Below, piece by piece: positions 41,422 to 50,365 of a stretch of DNA of 64,000 nucleotides (position 1 is its first letter; every line of letters starts with the position of its first letter). Both the position numbers and the translations under genes were made by a program. The stretch lies in IMG/VR virus record IMGVR_UViG_3300013426_000001, positions 32,001-96,000 of that record. One strand, written 5' to 3'. The notes under the pieces were generated by a model that saw nothing but the letters and a program-made list of their open reading frames with translations, had not been told where the DNA came from and did no database searches. This DNA is from a virus. Lineage: Duplodnaviria; Caudoviricetes.

Positions 41422-41673
41422 ATGAAAGATAAAGAATTTGATAAAAAAATAGAACAAGTCGAGAATTATGTTAAAAGCGAAATGGATAAAGTCGTCGAAG
41501 ATTTCATGGCGGGGCATTTCAAAGAAACATCGCCCGAATATAGTCGTGAAAAAATACAGCCAAAACTTCCAGATGATCTATATAAACCAATGACCGATGA
41601 AGACATAGTGGCTATGATTTATGCAATACAAGATTGCGCTATAAAAATTCAAAATAAGCATAAGAAGGACTAA
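41422..41673 (+). CDS. Hypothetical protein
   Basis: AAGGAG RBS. Confidence 0.5.
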   Translation: MKDKEFDKKIEQVENYVKSEMDKVVEDFMAGHFKETSPEYSREKIQPKLPDDLYKPMTDEDIVAMIYAIQDCAIKIQNKHKKD

Positions 41674-41674
41674 A

Positions 41675-41863
41675 ATGGAATACGACGAATTGATAGAGAA
41701 AATTAAAGAAGCGCTCAAAATCACCCGCAAACTTGAAATTTACGAAAAGGCGGATTTGCAAGCCATCCTCAAAGAAGCTTGGCGAGACGGTTACGATACA
41801 GGTTTCGACGAAGCAGAAGAAGACGCGAGAGAAAAATACAATTTTTATGTTAAACGGCGTTAA
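41675..41863 (+). CDS. Hypothetical protein
   Basis: AAGGA RBS; AWRDGYDTGFDEA. Confidence 0.5.
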   Translation: MEYDELIEKIKEALKITRKLEIYEKADLQAILKEAWRDGYDTGFDEAEEDAREKYNFYVKRR

Positions 41864-41868
41864 AACGC

Positions 41869-41897
41869 TTGACAAACAAATTTTGATGTGATATAAT
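41869..41897 (+). promoter_or_regulatory. sigmaA promoter P4 (drives tnpB)
   Basis: TTGACA-N17-TATAAT, TGn; AAAACGCTTGACAAACAAA identical to P12. Confidence 0.85.
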
Positions 41898-41908
41898 GAA
41901 GATAAGAA

Positions 41909-43123
41909 ATGGAGAATAGTAGAACCGAACAACAAATAATAACCAAACAACATCCAAAGTGGCTATTTATAAATGAGATGTGTAAACATACAAAGGATTT
42001 GTATAATTACGCAAATTACTTGATAAGACAAGAATTTGCACAAAATAAGAAATACATCCAATATAAGGAGATGAATTCCACTTTTAAATCTCACGAATTA
42101 TACAAATCCTGTATGTCGCAGCCCGCCAACTGTGTTTTACGCAGATTGGATAAGAATTGGAAATCATTCTTTAAAGCCATCAAAGATTGGAAAAAGCATA
42201 AAGAAAAATATAGCGCAATGCCCAGATTACCGAAATATCTCAAAAAAGATGGTAGATTTGTCTGGGAAATCCCAAATAATGCTTGCTATATTGTCGGGGA
42301 CGAATTACATTTTCGTATCCGTAAATTACAAGATGTGAAATGGAAGACAAAGGCAAAAGGTAGACTATTACAAGTGCGCTTTGTCCCTCGTGGGAATGAT
42401 TATGTGATGGAAGTTGTAACAGAGGTAGAAATCGAGAATAAACCCAAAAGAGAAACATCCAGAATTGTTGGAATGGATTTAGGTGTAAATAACTTTGTAA
42501 CCATAACAAATAATATTGGAGAACAACCGATTATTATTAACGGCAAAGGATTAAAAAACATAAATCAATATTTCAATAGGGAAAGAGCGTATCTTATGGG
42601 TAGAACGATTCACAGAAATGGGAAACGTTGGTCAAATAAACTCGATAAACTGAACAACAAGCGCTTCAATAAAGTCAAAAACTTTATGCACCACGCAAGT
42701 AAGTTTGTAATTGATTATTGTAAATTAAATGATATAGATACAATTATTTGCGGATTGAATAACTTTTGGAAGCGAGAAGCAAAACTTGGAAGCAACACTC
42801 AATCGTTTGCCTTTATTCCTTATGATATGTTTATTAGACAGCTGACTTATAAATGTGAAGAAGCAGGAATAAACTTTATTACAACCGATGAGAGTTATAC
42901 TTCTGGAACAAGTTTTCTTGATAACGAAGAGCCAGTCAAGGAAAACTATAATAAGAAGCGCAGGATTAAACGTGGATTGTTCAAATCAAATAATGGAACA
43001 TTGATTAATTCTGATGTAAATGGTTCTTTACAAATAATAAAGAAAGTAGCTCCGAATGCTTTTGCAGACGGAGTACAGGGTTATCTGACCCCAGTCATTA
43101 TAAATGTAGCTAATGCTATATGA
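41909..43123 (+). CDS. tnpB: TnpB RNA-guided endonuclease (IS200/605/607 family), no adjacent tnpA
   Basis: LYNYANY, PRLPKY, RuvC-I GMDLGVNN, ESYTS, RuvC-III NSDVNGSLQI. Confidence 0.9.
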   Translation: MENSRTEQQIITKQHPKWLFINEMCKHTKDLYNYANYLIRQEFAQNKKYIQYKEMNSTFKSHELYKSCMSQPANCVLRRLDKNWKSFFKAIKDWKKHKEKYSAMPRLPKYLKKDGRFVWEIPNNACYIVGDELHFRIRKLQDVKWKTKAKGRLLQVRFVPRGNDYVMEVVTEVEIENKPKRETSRIVGMDLGVNNFVTITNNIGEQPIIINGKGLKNINQYFNRERAYLMGRTIHRNGKRWSNKLDKLNNKRFNKVKNFMHHASKFVIDYCKLNDIDTIICGLNNFWKREAKLGSNTQSFAFIPYDMFIRQLTYKCEEAGINFITTDESYTSGTSFLDNEEPVKENYNKKRRIKRGLFKSNNGTLINSDVNGSLQIIKKVAPNAFADGVQGYLTPVIINVANAI

Positions 43124-43170
43124 TTTATGACGAATATATTTTTATATAACAGAAGACGTGTTTTATTAGG
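43060..43170 (+). ncRNA. Putative TnpB omegaRNA/reRNA 3' region (scaffold end plus guide)
   Basis: Imperfect hairpin GTCAT..TAAAT.TAGC-TAAT-GCTA...ATTTATGAC (43094-43131) across the tnpB stop; omegaRNAs are known to overlap the tnpB 3' end; boundaries inferred. Confidence 0.4.
43148..43167. repeat. Degenerate junction palindrome AACAGAA-GACGTG-TTTTATT
   Basis: 2 mismatches; downstream of tnpB, immediately before AGGAGG. Confidence 0.5.
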
Positions 43171-43183
43171 AGGTTAGATAGGT

Positions 43184-43702
43184 ATGCAAACGATCGATTA
43201 TAAGAAGGTAAAATGCCCGAAATGCGGGAAGTCGTATTTCCGTGTAAAAGAAAACTCTGGCGTCAGTTTCACGAATTTGGTCTTTACCACTAAACCCGAC
43301 CCGATTTATAAAAACGGAGAGTTGCAAAACCCGACCGAAGCCGACCCGATAAAAGTGCGTTGCGAATGTTTGGAATGCGGGTGCAACTTCCGCGTCGAAA
43401 CGTACGATGTTTTCGGGGATTATCGGTTTATCGATGAAGACGAGGAAAGAAAAGAAAACGAGAGAAAGCTTGCGGAAAGCTTTAAGGTACTAAAAAAGGA
43501 AACTGAGAAAGCTAAAACAGAACTCGTCGTCGGAACGCCGTACGAAGTGGAAAATTGTCAGTTGAAGATTTCTCAGCCTCGATTCGTGAATCTCGACGTT
43601 GAACCAGTTTTTGAAGAGTTCTCGAAAACGTGGCAAGACGGGTTAAAAGAAGAAATAGACGAGATAAAAGAAAGGCTCGCGAAGTTGGAAAAGAATAAAT
43701 AA
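43184..43702 (+). CDS. Zinc-ribbon protein
   Basis: CPKCG...CLECG; AGGAGG RBS. Confidence 0.6.
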   Translation: MQTIDYKKVKCPKCGKSYFRVKENSGVSFTNLVFTTKPDPIYKNGELQNPTEADPIKVRCECLECGCNFRVETYDVFGDYRFIDEDEERKENERKLAESFKVLKKETEKAKTELVVGTPYEVENCQLKISQPRFVNLDVEPVFEEFSKTWQDGLKEEIDEIKERLAKLEKNK

Positions 43703-43717
43703 AATTAGAATTTTATT
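43698..43717. repeat. Junction palindrome AATAAAA-TTAGAA-TTTTATT
   Basis: Perfect copy; stop in left arm, GAGGTG follows. Confidence 0.75.
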
Positions 43718-43728
43718 GAGGTGACGAT

Positions 43729-44142
43729 ATGCAAAATTGGACTATAAAAGATGCTCGGATGTATTTATACAACAAATGTCCAAGTGGCAAACGGCTCATT
43801 CTAACTGGCGAAATGTGTGATGAAAATAACTTTTTCGGAATAGACCAAATGAGGTCTGTCCGTGTAAACGAGTTTTTATTAGGCAAAATAAACGAAAAAG
43901 CGATTTATTCGACATTTAAAATAAAGAAAGTAAAAGATGAATTTAAAATGCTTTTACAAAAAAAGAATGTTTTTTACAGTCGCCATTACGCCTTTACGAT
44001 GAAAATTGAGATAGTTGATAGTAATTCTGGCGAAAACAAAAAGCTTACAGTGAGATGCGATAGTGTCGACATAGACGAATACAACGACGATATTATAAGA
44101 GTTGTCGGGAGCTATTCCGACTGTAAGCTTCTCGAAAAATAA
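43729..44142 (+). CDS. Hypothetical protein
   Basis: GAGGTG RBS. Confidence 0.5.
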   Translation: MQNWTIKDARMYLYNKCPSGKRLILTGEMCDENNFFGIDQMRSVRVNEFLLGKINEKAIYSTFKIKKVKDEFKMLLQKKNVFYSRHYAFTMKIEIVDSNSGENKKLTVRCDSVDIDEYNDDIIRVVGSYSDCKLLEK

Positions 44143-44169
44143 AATATTTTCAAAACCCCGTTCAAACAC

Positions 44170-44198
44170 TTGACAAACGGGGTTTTATTTGTTATAAT
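44170..44198 (+). promoter_or_regulatory. sigmaA promoter P5
   Basis: TTGACA-N17-TATAAT, TGn. Confidence 0.85.
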
Positions 44199-44220
44199 TA
44201 AACCACAATCGGAGGTAGAT

Positions 44221-44481
44221 ATGGACTGGAAAGAAGAATTTATTAAATTATTAGAAGCGGGAACTTTTGAAACCGATTCAGAAATCGACGATTACGCCGA
44301 CGAACATAATTTACCCGTCTCGGATGTTTGGCAGTGTGTAGCAGAACACGAAGAAAGTTATCTGATCGAGCAATCAATCGGGACGTCCTGTGAAGGTTGT
44401 AAATATGTTACCGTAATACGAGGCTGGGCGCCTTGTCACGATTGTTATCGAAATAAGGCTGATTTTTATAAAAAGGCATAA
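44221..44481 (+). CDS. Small protein with C-terminal CxxC...CxxC
   Basis: ATG 44221 behind GGAGG; CEGC...CHDC. Confidence 0.55.
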   Translation: MDWKEEFIKLLEAGTFETDSEIDDYADEHNLPVSDVWQCVAEHEESYLIEQSIGTSCEGCKYVTVIRGWAPCHDCYRNKADFYKKA

Positions 44482-44499
44482 TAAAATGAACATTTCATT
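44480..44499. repeat. Junction palindrome AATAAAA-TGAACA-TTTCATT
   Basis: 1 mismatch; at a stop codon, GGAGG follows. Confidence 0.7.
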
Positions 44500-44509
44500 G
44501 GAGGTTAAA

Positions 44510-44893
44510 ATGACACTTGACGAAGCTTTAAAAGAAATAGAGATTCTCAAATTACAAAATAAAAAGTTAGCAGAAGCGTTCGATTCGCTGGATAAAAAAT
44601 ACGATTCGCTGAAATTGGAATTAGAACTCGCGCAAGCGTGCCACAACGAAAAGTGCGCCGAATTCAACAAACTTTGTTTTGATTATGCAAAGTTACAAGT
44701 CAAAAACGAAAGATTCGAGCAGAATATGAAAAACGTTCTCGAGATCGAGAAGAAAAACGCGGTTCGAGAATTCGCTGAAAAGTTGAAACGATTTTACGAT
44801 GGCGCCGAAGTAAGTGTTTATAACGGTTACGAAGAAGGAATCTACGAACTAAACGATAAAATAGATGAATTATTGGAGGAGTTTTTGAAATGA
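44510..44893 (+). CDS. Coiled-coil protein (AVxEFAEKLK family)
   Basis: ATG 44510 behind GGAGG; paralogous motif with next gene. Confidence 0.55.
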   Translation: MTLDEALKEIEILKLQNKKLAEAFDSLDKKYDSLKLELELAQACHNEKCAEFNKLCFDYAKLQVKNERFEQNMKNVLEIEKKNAVREFAEKLKRFYDGAEVSVYNGYEEGIYELNDKIDELLEEFLK

Positions 44894-45261
44894 GCAATAA
44901 AAGATACCCCGTTGCGATAGACGATTTGCTCATCGAATTCGACGAAATGGATTATTGCCCGATGAATTTAAGCGGCGGTGATCCCGTTAAAGAGGCGATC
45001 GCTTGGAAAAACAGCCTGCGATACGAACTCGATTTGTTGTTCGACGAAAGGAGTGTGATAGAGCGCAGAGCGGTGGAAGAATTCGCGGAGAAGTTGAAAG
45101 AAAGGCTATGCGTTTTCTTTGATGAAAATGAAAATAACGACGGCAGCATAGATAAGGCATTATTACTTGTCGCTATTATTGGGGTTAAGGCGAAAGACGG
45201 AGCGACTATATCGATAGGAATGATAGATGATTTGTTAAAGGAGTACGAAGATGATAATTGA
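44890..45261 (+). CDS. Hypothetical protein (AVxEFAEKLK family)
   Basis: AVEEFAEKLKERL...IDDLLKEY. Confidence 0.55.
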   Translation: MSNKRYPVAIDDLLIEFDEMDYCPMNLSGGDPVKEAIAWKNSLRYELDLLFDERSVIERRAVEEFAEKLKERLCVFFDENENNDGSIDKALLLVAIIGVKAKDGATISIGMIDDLLKEYEDDN

Positions 45262-45535
45262 TTATATTGGTCAAGAGTTGATTTGGAAGATATTAGGCAT
45301 ACACCCTTATCAAAAGAACAACCCGCATTATGCAATAAAGATTCGTTGCAAAACACCGCAAGACAATAAGAATACAAGAGACTTTATCTTACAACATATC
45401 ACAATGGATAAATTATATAGTGTTGATGCGTTTGAATACAAGCCATTTATATACGTTACTCGGAAAATTTTTGTCAAAAACGTATTCGACGAAATCAGCG
45501 AAGTCGAATTCATAAATGAATTTACAGGAGATTAA
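45251..45535 (+). CDS. Hypothetical protein
   Basis: AAGGAG RBS. Confidence 0.45.
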   Translation: MIIDYIGQELIWKILGIHPYQKNNPHYAIKIRCKTPQDNKNTRDFILQHITMDKLYSVDAFEYKPFIYVTRKIFVKNVFDEISEVEFINEFTGD

Positions 45536-45538
45536 ATA

Positions 45539-45880
45539 ATGAATAAGCAAAAAGTTATTGAACTAAACAAAGAATTCGTTAAATTAGTCGCAGAAAACCC
45601 CAATTTGCCGATAAAGGTTTTTGTAAGCGGTGATTGTATGGAAGACGAGGAATGGGTGGTAGGCGAAATTTACGATTGCAAAGTCACCGAGATAGCGGAA
45701 TACGAAGACAGGTGTTACGAAAGAGACGACTTCGATTGGTTGAAAGAGATAATTTCGAACGGGGTTTGCGACGATCCTGAATACGCAAATCTCACCGACG
45801 AAGAGTTTGATAAAGCGATAGAAGAAAAGGTGGAATGGCTCGGTTGGGAAAGAGTGATTTTGTTAAAGGTCGACGTATAA
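45539..45880 (+). CDS. Hypothetical acidic protein
   Basis: LVAENPNLPI motif; AGGAG RBS. Confidence 0.55.
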   Translation: MNKQKVIELNKEFVKLVAENPNLPIKVFVSGDCMEDEEWVVGEIYDCKVTEIAEYEDRCYERDDFDWLKEIISNGVCDDPEYANLTDEEFDKAIEEKVEWLGWERVILLKVDV

Positions 45881-45898
45881 TAAATTTCTTGTTTTATT
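45879..45898. repeat. Junction palindrome AATAAAT-TTCTTG-TTTTATT
   Basis: 1 mismatch; at a stop codon, before P6. Confidence 0.7.
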
Positions 45899-45910
45899 GC
45901 GTCAAAATAG

Positions 45911-45939
45911 TTGACAAATGAATTTCAATATGTTATAAT
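45911..45939 (+). promoter_or_regulatory. sigmaA promoter P6
   Basis: TTGACA-N17-TATAAT, TGn. Confidence 0.85.
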
Positions 45940-45982
45940 CTAATTACAAAATAAATAAGGCGAGAGCCAAAGGAGCAAATTT

Positions 45983-46585
45983 ATGATGGAAAATATGTTT
46001 AATGGCATGTTTGGCAAGGTTGCAAACGGCATGTGTCGTTTGTCTATGAACGGAGGAATTGCAGTCAAAACCTCGAATGGGTATAAAACGTACAATGTTG
46101 AAAAGAAAAGATTGACCAATTGCGATAACTTCGTATTCAACATTGGTGAAGAATTCTTCTTCGTTATCCCCACAAATAAAGCGGCGGTCGGAGATATTAT
46201 TCTCGTGGCAGGCAAACCGAAATGTGTTATCAAAGCTGATGGTGAAACTATTAAAGTTATCAATTACGAAGATTCGACCGTGGAAGATATCCTCCCCGAA
46301 AGACACGTGTTTATGGGAGAAACGTACTTCTATGGGAAAATTGTTTCGATGTTTGGACAGAATTTTATGAAGGGCAAGAAAGGAATGAATAAATTCATGT
46401 CTTATATGATGATGTCCGAGATGATGAAGGGAATGAATGGAAATTCTTCCTCGATGAATAGTATGCTTCCCTTTATGATGATGGGAGGGAACTTGGGCAA
46501 TATGTTCGGTGATATGTTTGACGGTGCGATGGATTTCGGTAACCTGATCGGTGATAACGAAGAAAACGAAGAAGAGGAGAAATAA
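45983..46585 (+). CDS. Protein with Met/Gly/Asn-rich C-terminus
   Basis: AAGGAG RBS; MSYMMMSEMMKGMNG...MLPFMMMGG. Confidence 0.6.
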   Translation: MMENMFNGMFGKVANGMCRLSMNGGIAVKTSNGYKTYNVEKKRLTNCDNFVFNIGEEFFFVIPTNKAAVGDIILVAGKPKCVIKADGETIKVINYEDSTVEDILPERHVFMGETYFYGKIVSMFGQNFMKGKKGMNKFMSYMMMSEMMKGMNGNSSSMNSMLPFMMMGGNLGNMFGDMFDGAMDFGNLIGDNEENEEEEK

Positions 46586-46587
46586 TT

Positions 46588-47475
46588 ATGGGTGGCGGTA
46601 GTTGGACTACGAGTTCGTATACGTCTTATACGAAAACAAAAGGAATTAAAACTTCATGCTTAGCTGACGGAACCGTTACTCTTGACGCTTCTTACGATGC
46701 TCAAGATCTTTATACAGCGAGAAAACTTGATGAAGCACTTGATCCGAGGGGTGTTGTCAGAGAATGCGTAGATAGCGAGGAACACCCGAATACTATTCCT
46801 GTAATTCTTGCTCTTGACGTTACTGGAAGTATGGGGAGCGCCCTCGAAGAAGTTTCAAAAAAACTTAACGCTATTATGACTGAAACATACAAGAAAGTAA
46901 AGGATGTTGAATTTCTTGTGATGGGTATTGGAGACCTTGCGTATGATAACGCGCCCATTCAGGCTTCTCAGTTTGAATCTGATATCAGAATAGTAGAACA
47001 ACTTGATAAAGTTTATTTTGAACGTGGCGGCGGCGGCAATAAATACGAGTCTTATACGGCTGCTTGGTATTTCGCCGTTAACCAAACGAAACTGGATGCT
47101 TGGAAACGCGGCAAGAAGGGTATTTTAATTACTCTCGGAGATGAACCTCTTAACCCGTATTTGCCTAAAGAAGCTCTCAAAAGAGTGACTGGCAACGAAA
47201 CGTTACAAGGGGACGTTGAAACAAAAGAATTGTATGACGAAGTAATCAAAAAATACGACGTTTATCATTTTGCGATTGATGACAACCACACTTGTTATAG
47301 ATATTATAAAAATGACATCAAAGAAACTTGGGGAAAGTATCTTGACGATAATCACCTCAAAGTCGTTACTTTGAACGAACTTGCGGCGCAAATTGTAAAC
47401 GCTATTACAGAATCTTCCGATTCCGCTATTGGCGGAACAGGAGTTTGCACTTCTACTGATGGGATTTCTTGGTAA
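46588..47475 (+). CDS. von Willebrand factor A (vWA) domain protein
   Basis: MIDAS LALDVTGSMG; GGGGNKYESY; ITLGDE. Confidence 0.85.
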   Translation: MGGGSWTTSSYTSYTKTKGIKTSCLADGTVTLDASYDAQDLYTARKLDEALDPRGVVRECVDSEEHPNTIPVILALDVTGSMGSALEEVSKKLNAIMTETYKKVKDVEFLVMGIGDLAYDNAPIQASQFESDIRIVEQLDKVYFERGGGGNKYESYTAAWYFAVNQTKLDAWKRGKKGILITLGDEPLNPYLPKEALKRVTGNETLQGDVETKELYDEVIKKYDVYHFAIDDNHTCYRYYKNDIKETWGKYLDDNHLKVVTLNELAAQIVNAITESSDSAIGGTGVCTSTDGISW

Positions 47476-47480
47476 AATTT

Positions 47481-48665
47481 ATGAACGTTAAAATTGTAAT
47501 AGGATCTAATTATGGAGACGAAGGGAAAGGGTTAACTTCTCGTTACTTTGCCCAAAAAGCCGAAGGAAGTTGCTTAACCGTTTTACATAATGGGGGAGCA
47601 CAAAGAGGGCATACCGTTGATTATTCGGAAGATAAGAGATTTGTATACCATCATCTCGCTTGTGGAACTGCTGATGGGAGTGATACTTATTTTGAGCAAA
47701 ACTTCATAATTAATCCTATTCTTTTTAACAGAGAGGTTGAAGAGCTTGAAAAAATAAACATTCGCAATTACAGCGTATTTATTTCGCCTCGTTGCAGAGT
47801 GACAACCCCATACGATATGATACTCAATCAAATGGTTGAACGGACACGGGGTGGTCAAAAACACGGTTCTTGCGGAGTTGGTATCTTTGAAACTATAAAG
47901 AGATATGAAAGTTCTGAATATAATAAAACCTTTTCCGAGATGAAGAATATGACCGATTTGGAATTATTTAGATATATCGAAGAAATTTCTAGGGCATATT
48001 TATTCAGTAAAATCGAAGAATACAAAATTCCGAGAAATATTTCTGATGATTATTTGCCGTCAATTACTTCTCGTAAATTTTTGACCGATTATATTATAGA
48101 TTTTCGCTTGATGGCATCTGAAATAACGGAGATAGAACCGTGGGATTTGTACGGGAATTATGATACTCTTATATTTGAAGGGGCGCAGGGGCTCGCTTTG
48201 GATATGGACAACAAAGAAAATTTCCCTTATTTGACGCCAAGCAAAACAGGTTGTTACAACCCGCGAAATTCTCTTGAAGAATATGGGAAAATTCCTTTTA
48301 ATATTGAGTTATGTTACATTACAAGAACCTATCTTACTCGACACGGAGCGGGTCCTTTTCCCTCGGAATGTAAAAAAGAAGAAATTAACGAGCGGATCGA
48401 GGACAAAACGAACGTTCCTAATCCATATCAAGATAGTATAAGATATGGGAAGTTCGATATAACGGCGTTTTTAAATAGAATTAAGTCAGACGAAATTACT
48501 TTCCCCTATCATCACATCTCTACGTGTTTTATTACACATAATAATTATGTGGATGTTGAGGGTTCTGAGGTCGAAGAGCAGCTCGCGCCGAACTTTCATT
48601 TTTTATATTTTTCAGGTGATAAGTTCGGTGAAAAAATAAAAACGAAGAGAGGAGAGAGAAAATGA
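47481..48665 (+). CDS. Adenylosuccinate synthetase-like (divergent PurA family) ligase
   Basis: GSNYGDEGKG, GGAQRGHTV, FEGAQGLALD, PYLTPS, TYLTRHGAGPFPSE. Confidence 0.85.
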   Translation: MNVKIVIGSNYGDEGKGLTSRYFAQKAEGSCLTVLHNGGAQRGHTVDYSEDKRFVYHHLACGTADGSDTYFEQNFIINPILFNREVEELEKINIRNYSVFISPRCRVTTPYDMILNQMVERTRGGQKHGSCGVGIFETIKRYESSEYNKTFSEMKNMTDLELFRYIEEISRAYLFSKIEEYKIPRNISDDYLPSITSRKFLTDYIIDFRLMASEITEIEPWDLYGNYDTLIFEGAQGLALDMDNKENFPYLTPSKTGCYNPRNSLEEYGKIPFNIELCYITRTYLTRHGAGPFPSECKKEEINERIEDKTNVPNPYQDSIRYGKFDITAFLNRIKSDEITFPYHHISTCFITHNNYVDVEGSEVEEQLAPNFHFLYFSGDKFGEKIKTKRGERK

Positions 48666-49099
48666 AAGCATATAGGCACGTTTATCTCGATTTTCCTAAT
48701 TTCACACAGGAAAGCTACTACGAAGTTACAAGTAAAGTAACTTTTCAAAACGGCGTAGAGGACGAGATTAAAACAACAATTGTTTGCGACGATCCCTATG
48801 ACGCGATGAGAATGGTTCGAGAATTTCTTTTATCAAAAAAGGATTGGCTTGTAACGGAAGTCCGTGGACAGAGTTGCGAAGGAGGCGCGGTATTGGTCGC
48901 AAAGCCAGAAGTTCCAGAAAAGAAATGGGTAATTATTGGTGATGGATATTATCTTAAATTCAAACATTATTCAATGATTTACACTACTGTTAATGGATTT
49001 AATGTTCATTATGGGATGTTCGATAAAAAAGAAAAAGCAGACGAACGTTGTGCGGAGTTAAATAAAGAGTGGGAAGAATATTTTGGAGATAAAAAATGA
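48662..49099 (+). CDS. Hypothetical protein
   Basis: ATGA overlap. Confidence 0.5.
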   Translation: MKAYRHVYLDFPNFTQESYYEVTSKVTFQNGVEDEIKTTIVCDDPYDAMRMVREFLLSKKDWLVTEVRGQSCEGGAVLVAKPEVPEKKWVIIGDGYYLKFKHYSMIYTTVNGFNVHYGMFDKKEKADERCAELNKEWEEYFGDKK

Positions 49100-49473
49100 A
49101 AACACTTTATTTCAAAAAGACACCCGACAGTGCGGGAAACGAATGGGTTGATTCGCAAGATATTTTTCAGTACGTAGACGAGCTCGATACATTCTTCAAT
49201 AAGTGGTATCAATTCATAGTAAAGAAATGCGAACAACTGAATTATTACAATAATCACACTTCAACCGCATACGGCAATCCTGATTATTCGTGGTTAATAG
49301 GTTTTTGCTCGGGTTGGTTGTCGGCAAAGAGTTGTTACGAAGATATCGAAGATGGTGTTTGCTGTATTAAAGACCAGCGAGATAGAACGATTATGAAATT
49401 TGACGTTCCAAAAATTTCTGAAATAGAACGAGAAAACCGAAAGAAAATCGACGAACTTTGGGAGAATATATAA
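49096..49473 (+). CDS. Hypothetical protein
   Basis: ATGA overlap, GGAG RBS. Confidence 0.5.
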   Translation: MKTLYFKKTPDSAGNEWVDSQDIFQYVDELDTFFNKWYQFIVKKCEQLNYYNNHTSTAYGNPDYSWLIGFCSGWLSAKSCYEDIEDGVCCIKDQRDRTIMKFDVPKISEIERENRKKIDELWENI

Positions 49474-49479
49474 TCGGTT

Positions 49480-49499
49480 AATAGAATAGTTATTTTATG
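49480..49499. repeat. Junction palindrome AATAGAA-TAGTTA-TTTTATG
   Basis: 2 mismatches; intergenic, AGGTGG follows. Confidence 0.55.
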
Positions 49500-49509
49500 A
49501 GGTGGTTTT

Positions 49510-49821
49510 ATGAATCGACAGACAAAAAACAAATTAGATTTTATCATTCAAATAGTAGTATTAATTTTAGTAACTGCTTTTGCTTTAACAGGACCAATCA
49601 TTTCTTTTATTCATCAATATCATTTAATTGTTGAAGAGTTTGGGCGGTTTATTGGTGGCGTTTTTATTTACGACAATTATGCATGGTGGAACTTGACAGC
49701 TTTAACTTGGTTTCCTTATGGTGTTTATCTCAAGATTTCGAACAAGAAAACAAATAAGGAAATGGCGAAGGAAATGTATGAATTAATGTATTGGACGGAA
49801 AAAGAAGATGACAAAAAATAA
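49510..49821 (+). CDS. Membrane protein
   Basis: Hydrophobic N-terminal helix; GAGGTGG RBS. Confidence 0.5.
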   Translation: MNRQTKNKLDFIIQIVVLILVTAFALTGPIISFIHQYHLIVEEFGRFIGGVFIYDNYAWWNLTALTWFPYGVYLKISNKKTNKEMAKEMYELMYWTEKEDDKK

Positions 49822-50209
49822 TATCCCTGAAGTTGGCAAAACATACGCCTTTTTCGATGACGGCAAAACTGGACTTTCTCGCCGTTATAAAGCAACGGTT
49901 TTAGGCAAAATTCCGTTCGAAGTGGCAGAAGAGCTTTATCCCGAACTTTTTGCGGGTTGGAAAGAAAACCTCGAAGAAGCCGATTTTCTTTACGCGCCGA
50001 TAACCGACTTTTTTGTGAAATGTTCAATCCCGAACTATGACGATGACTTTGTTTATTTCGTTCGTGATATAAATGGTGGCTGGTCTTCGATTGATTTTCC
50101 GAATAGCTGGATGAATGGACTTCTCGATGTTGATGGAGAATACGGTAAGAAAAACGATATTCCGCCTGTAGAAAAATGGGTGGCTGGGAAAGACTATTTA
50201 GGAGATTGA
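49808..50209 (+). CDS. Hypothetical phage protein
   Basis: IPEVGKTYAFFDDGK...SRRY. Confidence 0.55.
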   Translation: MTKNNIPEVGKTYAFFDDGKTGLSRRYKATVLGKIPFEVAEELYPELFAGWKENLEEADFLYAPITDFFVKCSIPNYDDDFVYFVRDINGGWSSIDFPNSWMNGLLDVDGEYGKKNDIPPVEKWVAGKDYLGD

Positions 50210-50212
50210 TTG

Positions 50213-50365
50213 ATGACAATTAGCGTACATACACGAGAAATATGCCCGTTATATTATTTCAACGTGAATAGTGTAGAAGAAACGTGGAACGGGTTCAGGG
50301 TTTATCTCGATAATGGATTTTACAAAGATTTTAACAAAGATTGGTGGTGGGAGGAAGAAAAATGA
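50213..50365 (+). CDS. Small hypothetical protein (50 aa, not in ORF track)
   Basis: AGGAG RBS; MTISVHTRE...WWWEEEK; ATGA overlap with next gene. Confidence 0.4.
   Translation: MTISVHTREICPLYYFNVNSVEETWNGFRVYLDNGFYKDFNKDWWWEEEK

Noticed and set aside
40403-43170. CRISPR-Cas locus (Cas4-like nuclease near a Cas12-like RuvC protein)
   Set aside because: No repeat-spacer array or cas1/cas2; the proteins fit a phage exonuclease and a 404-aa TnpB.
44138-44157. Additional junction palindrome at the stop of 43729..44142
   Set aside because: Only the left arm AATAAAA is present; no TTTTATT at 6-bp spacing.
47481-48665. PurZ / 2-aminoadenine (Z) genome pathway
   Set aside because: The catalytic Asp of GDEGKG is retained (PurZ has Ser), and no DatZ/MazZ-like gene is visible in the window.
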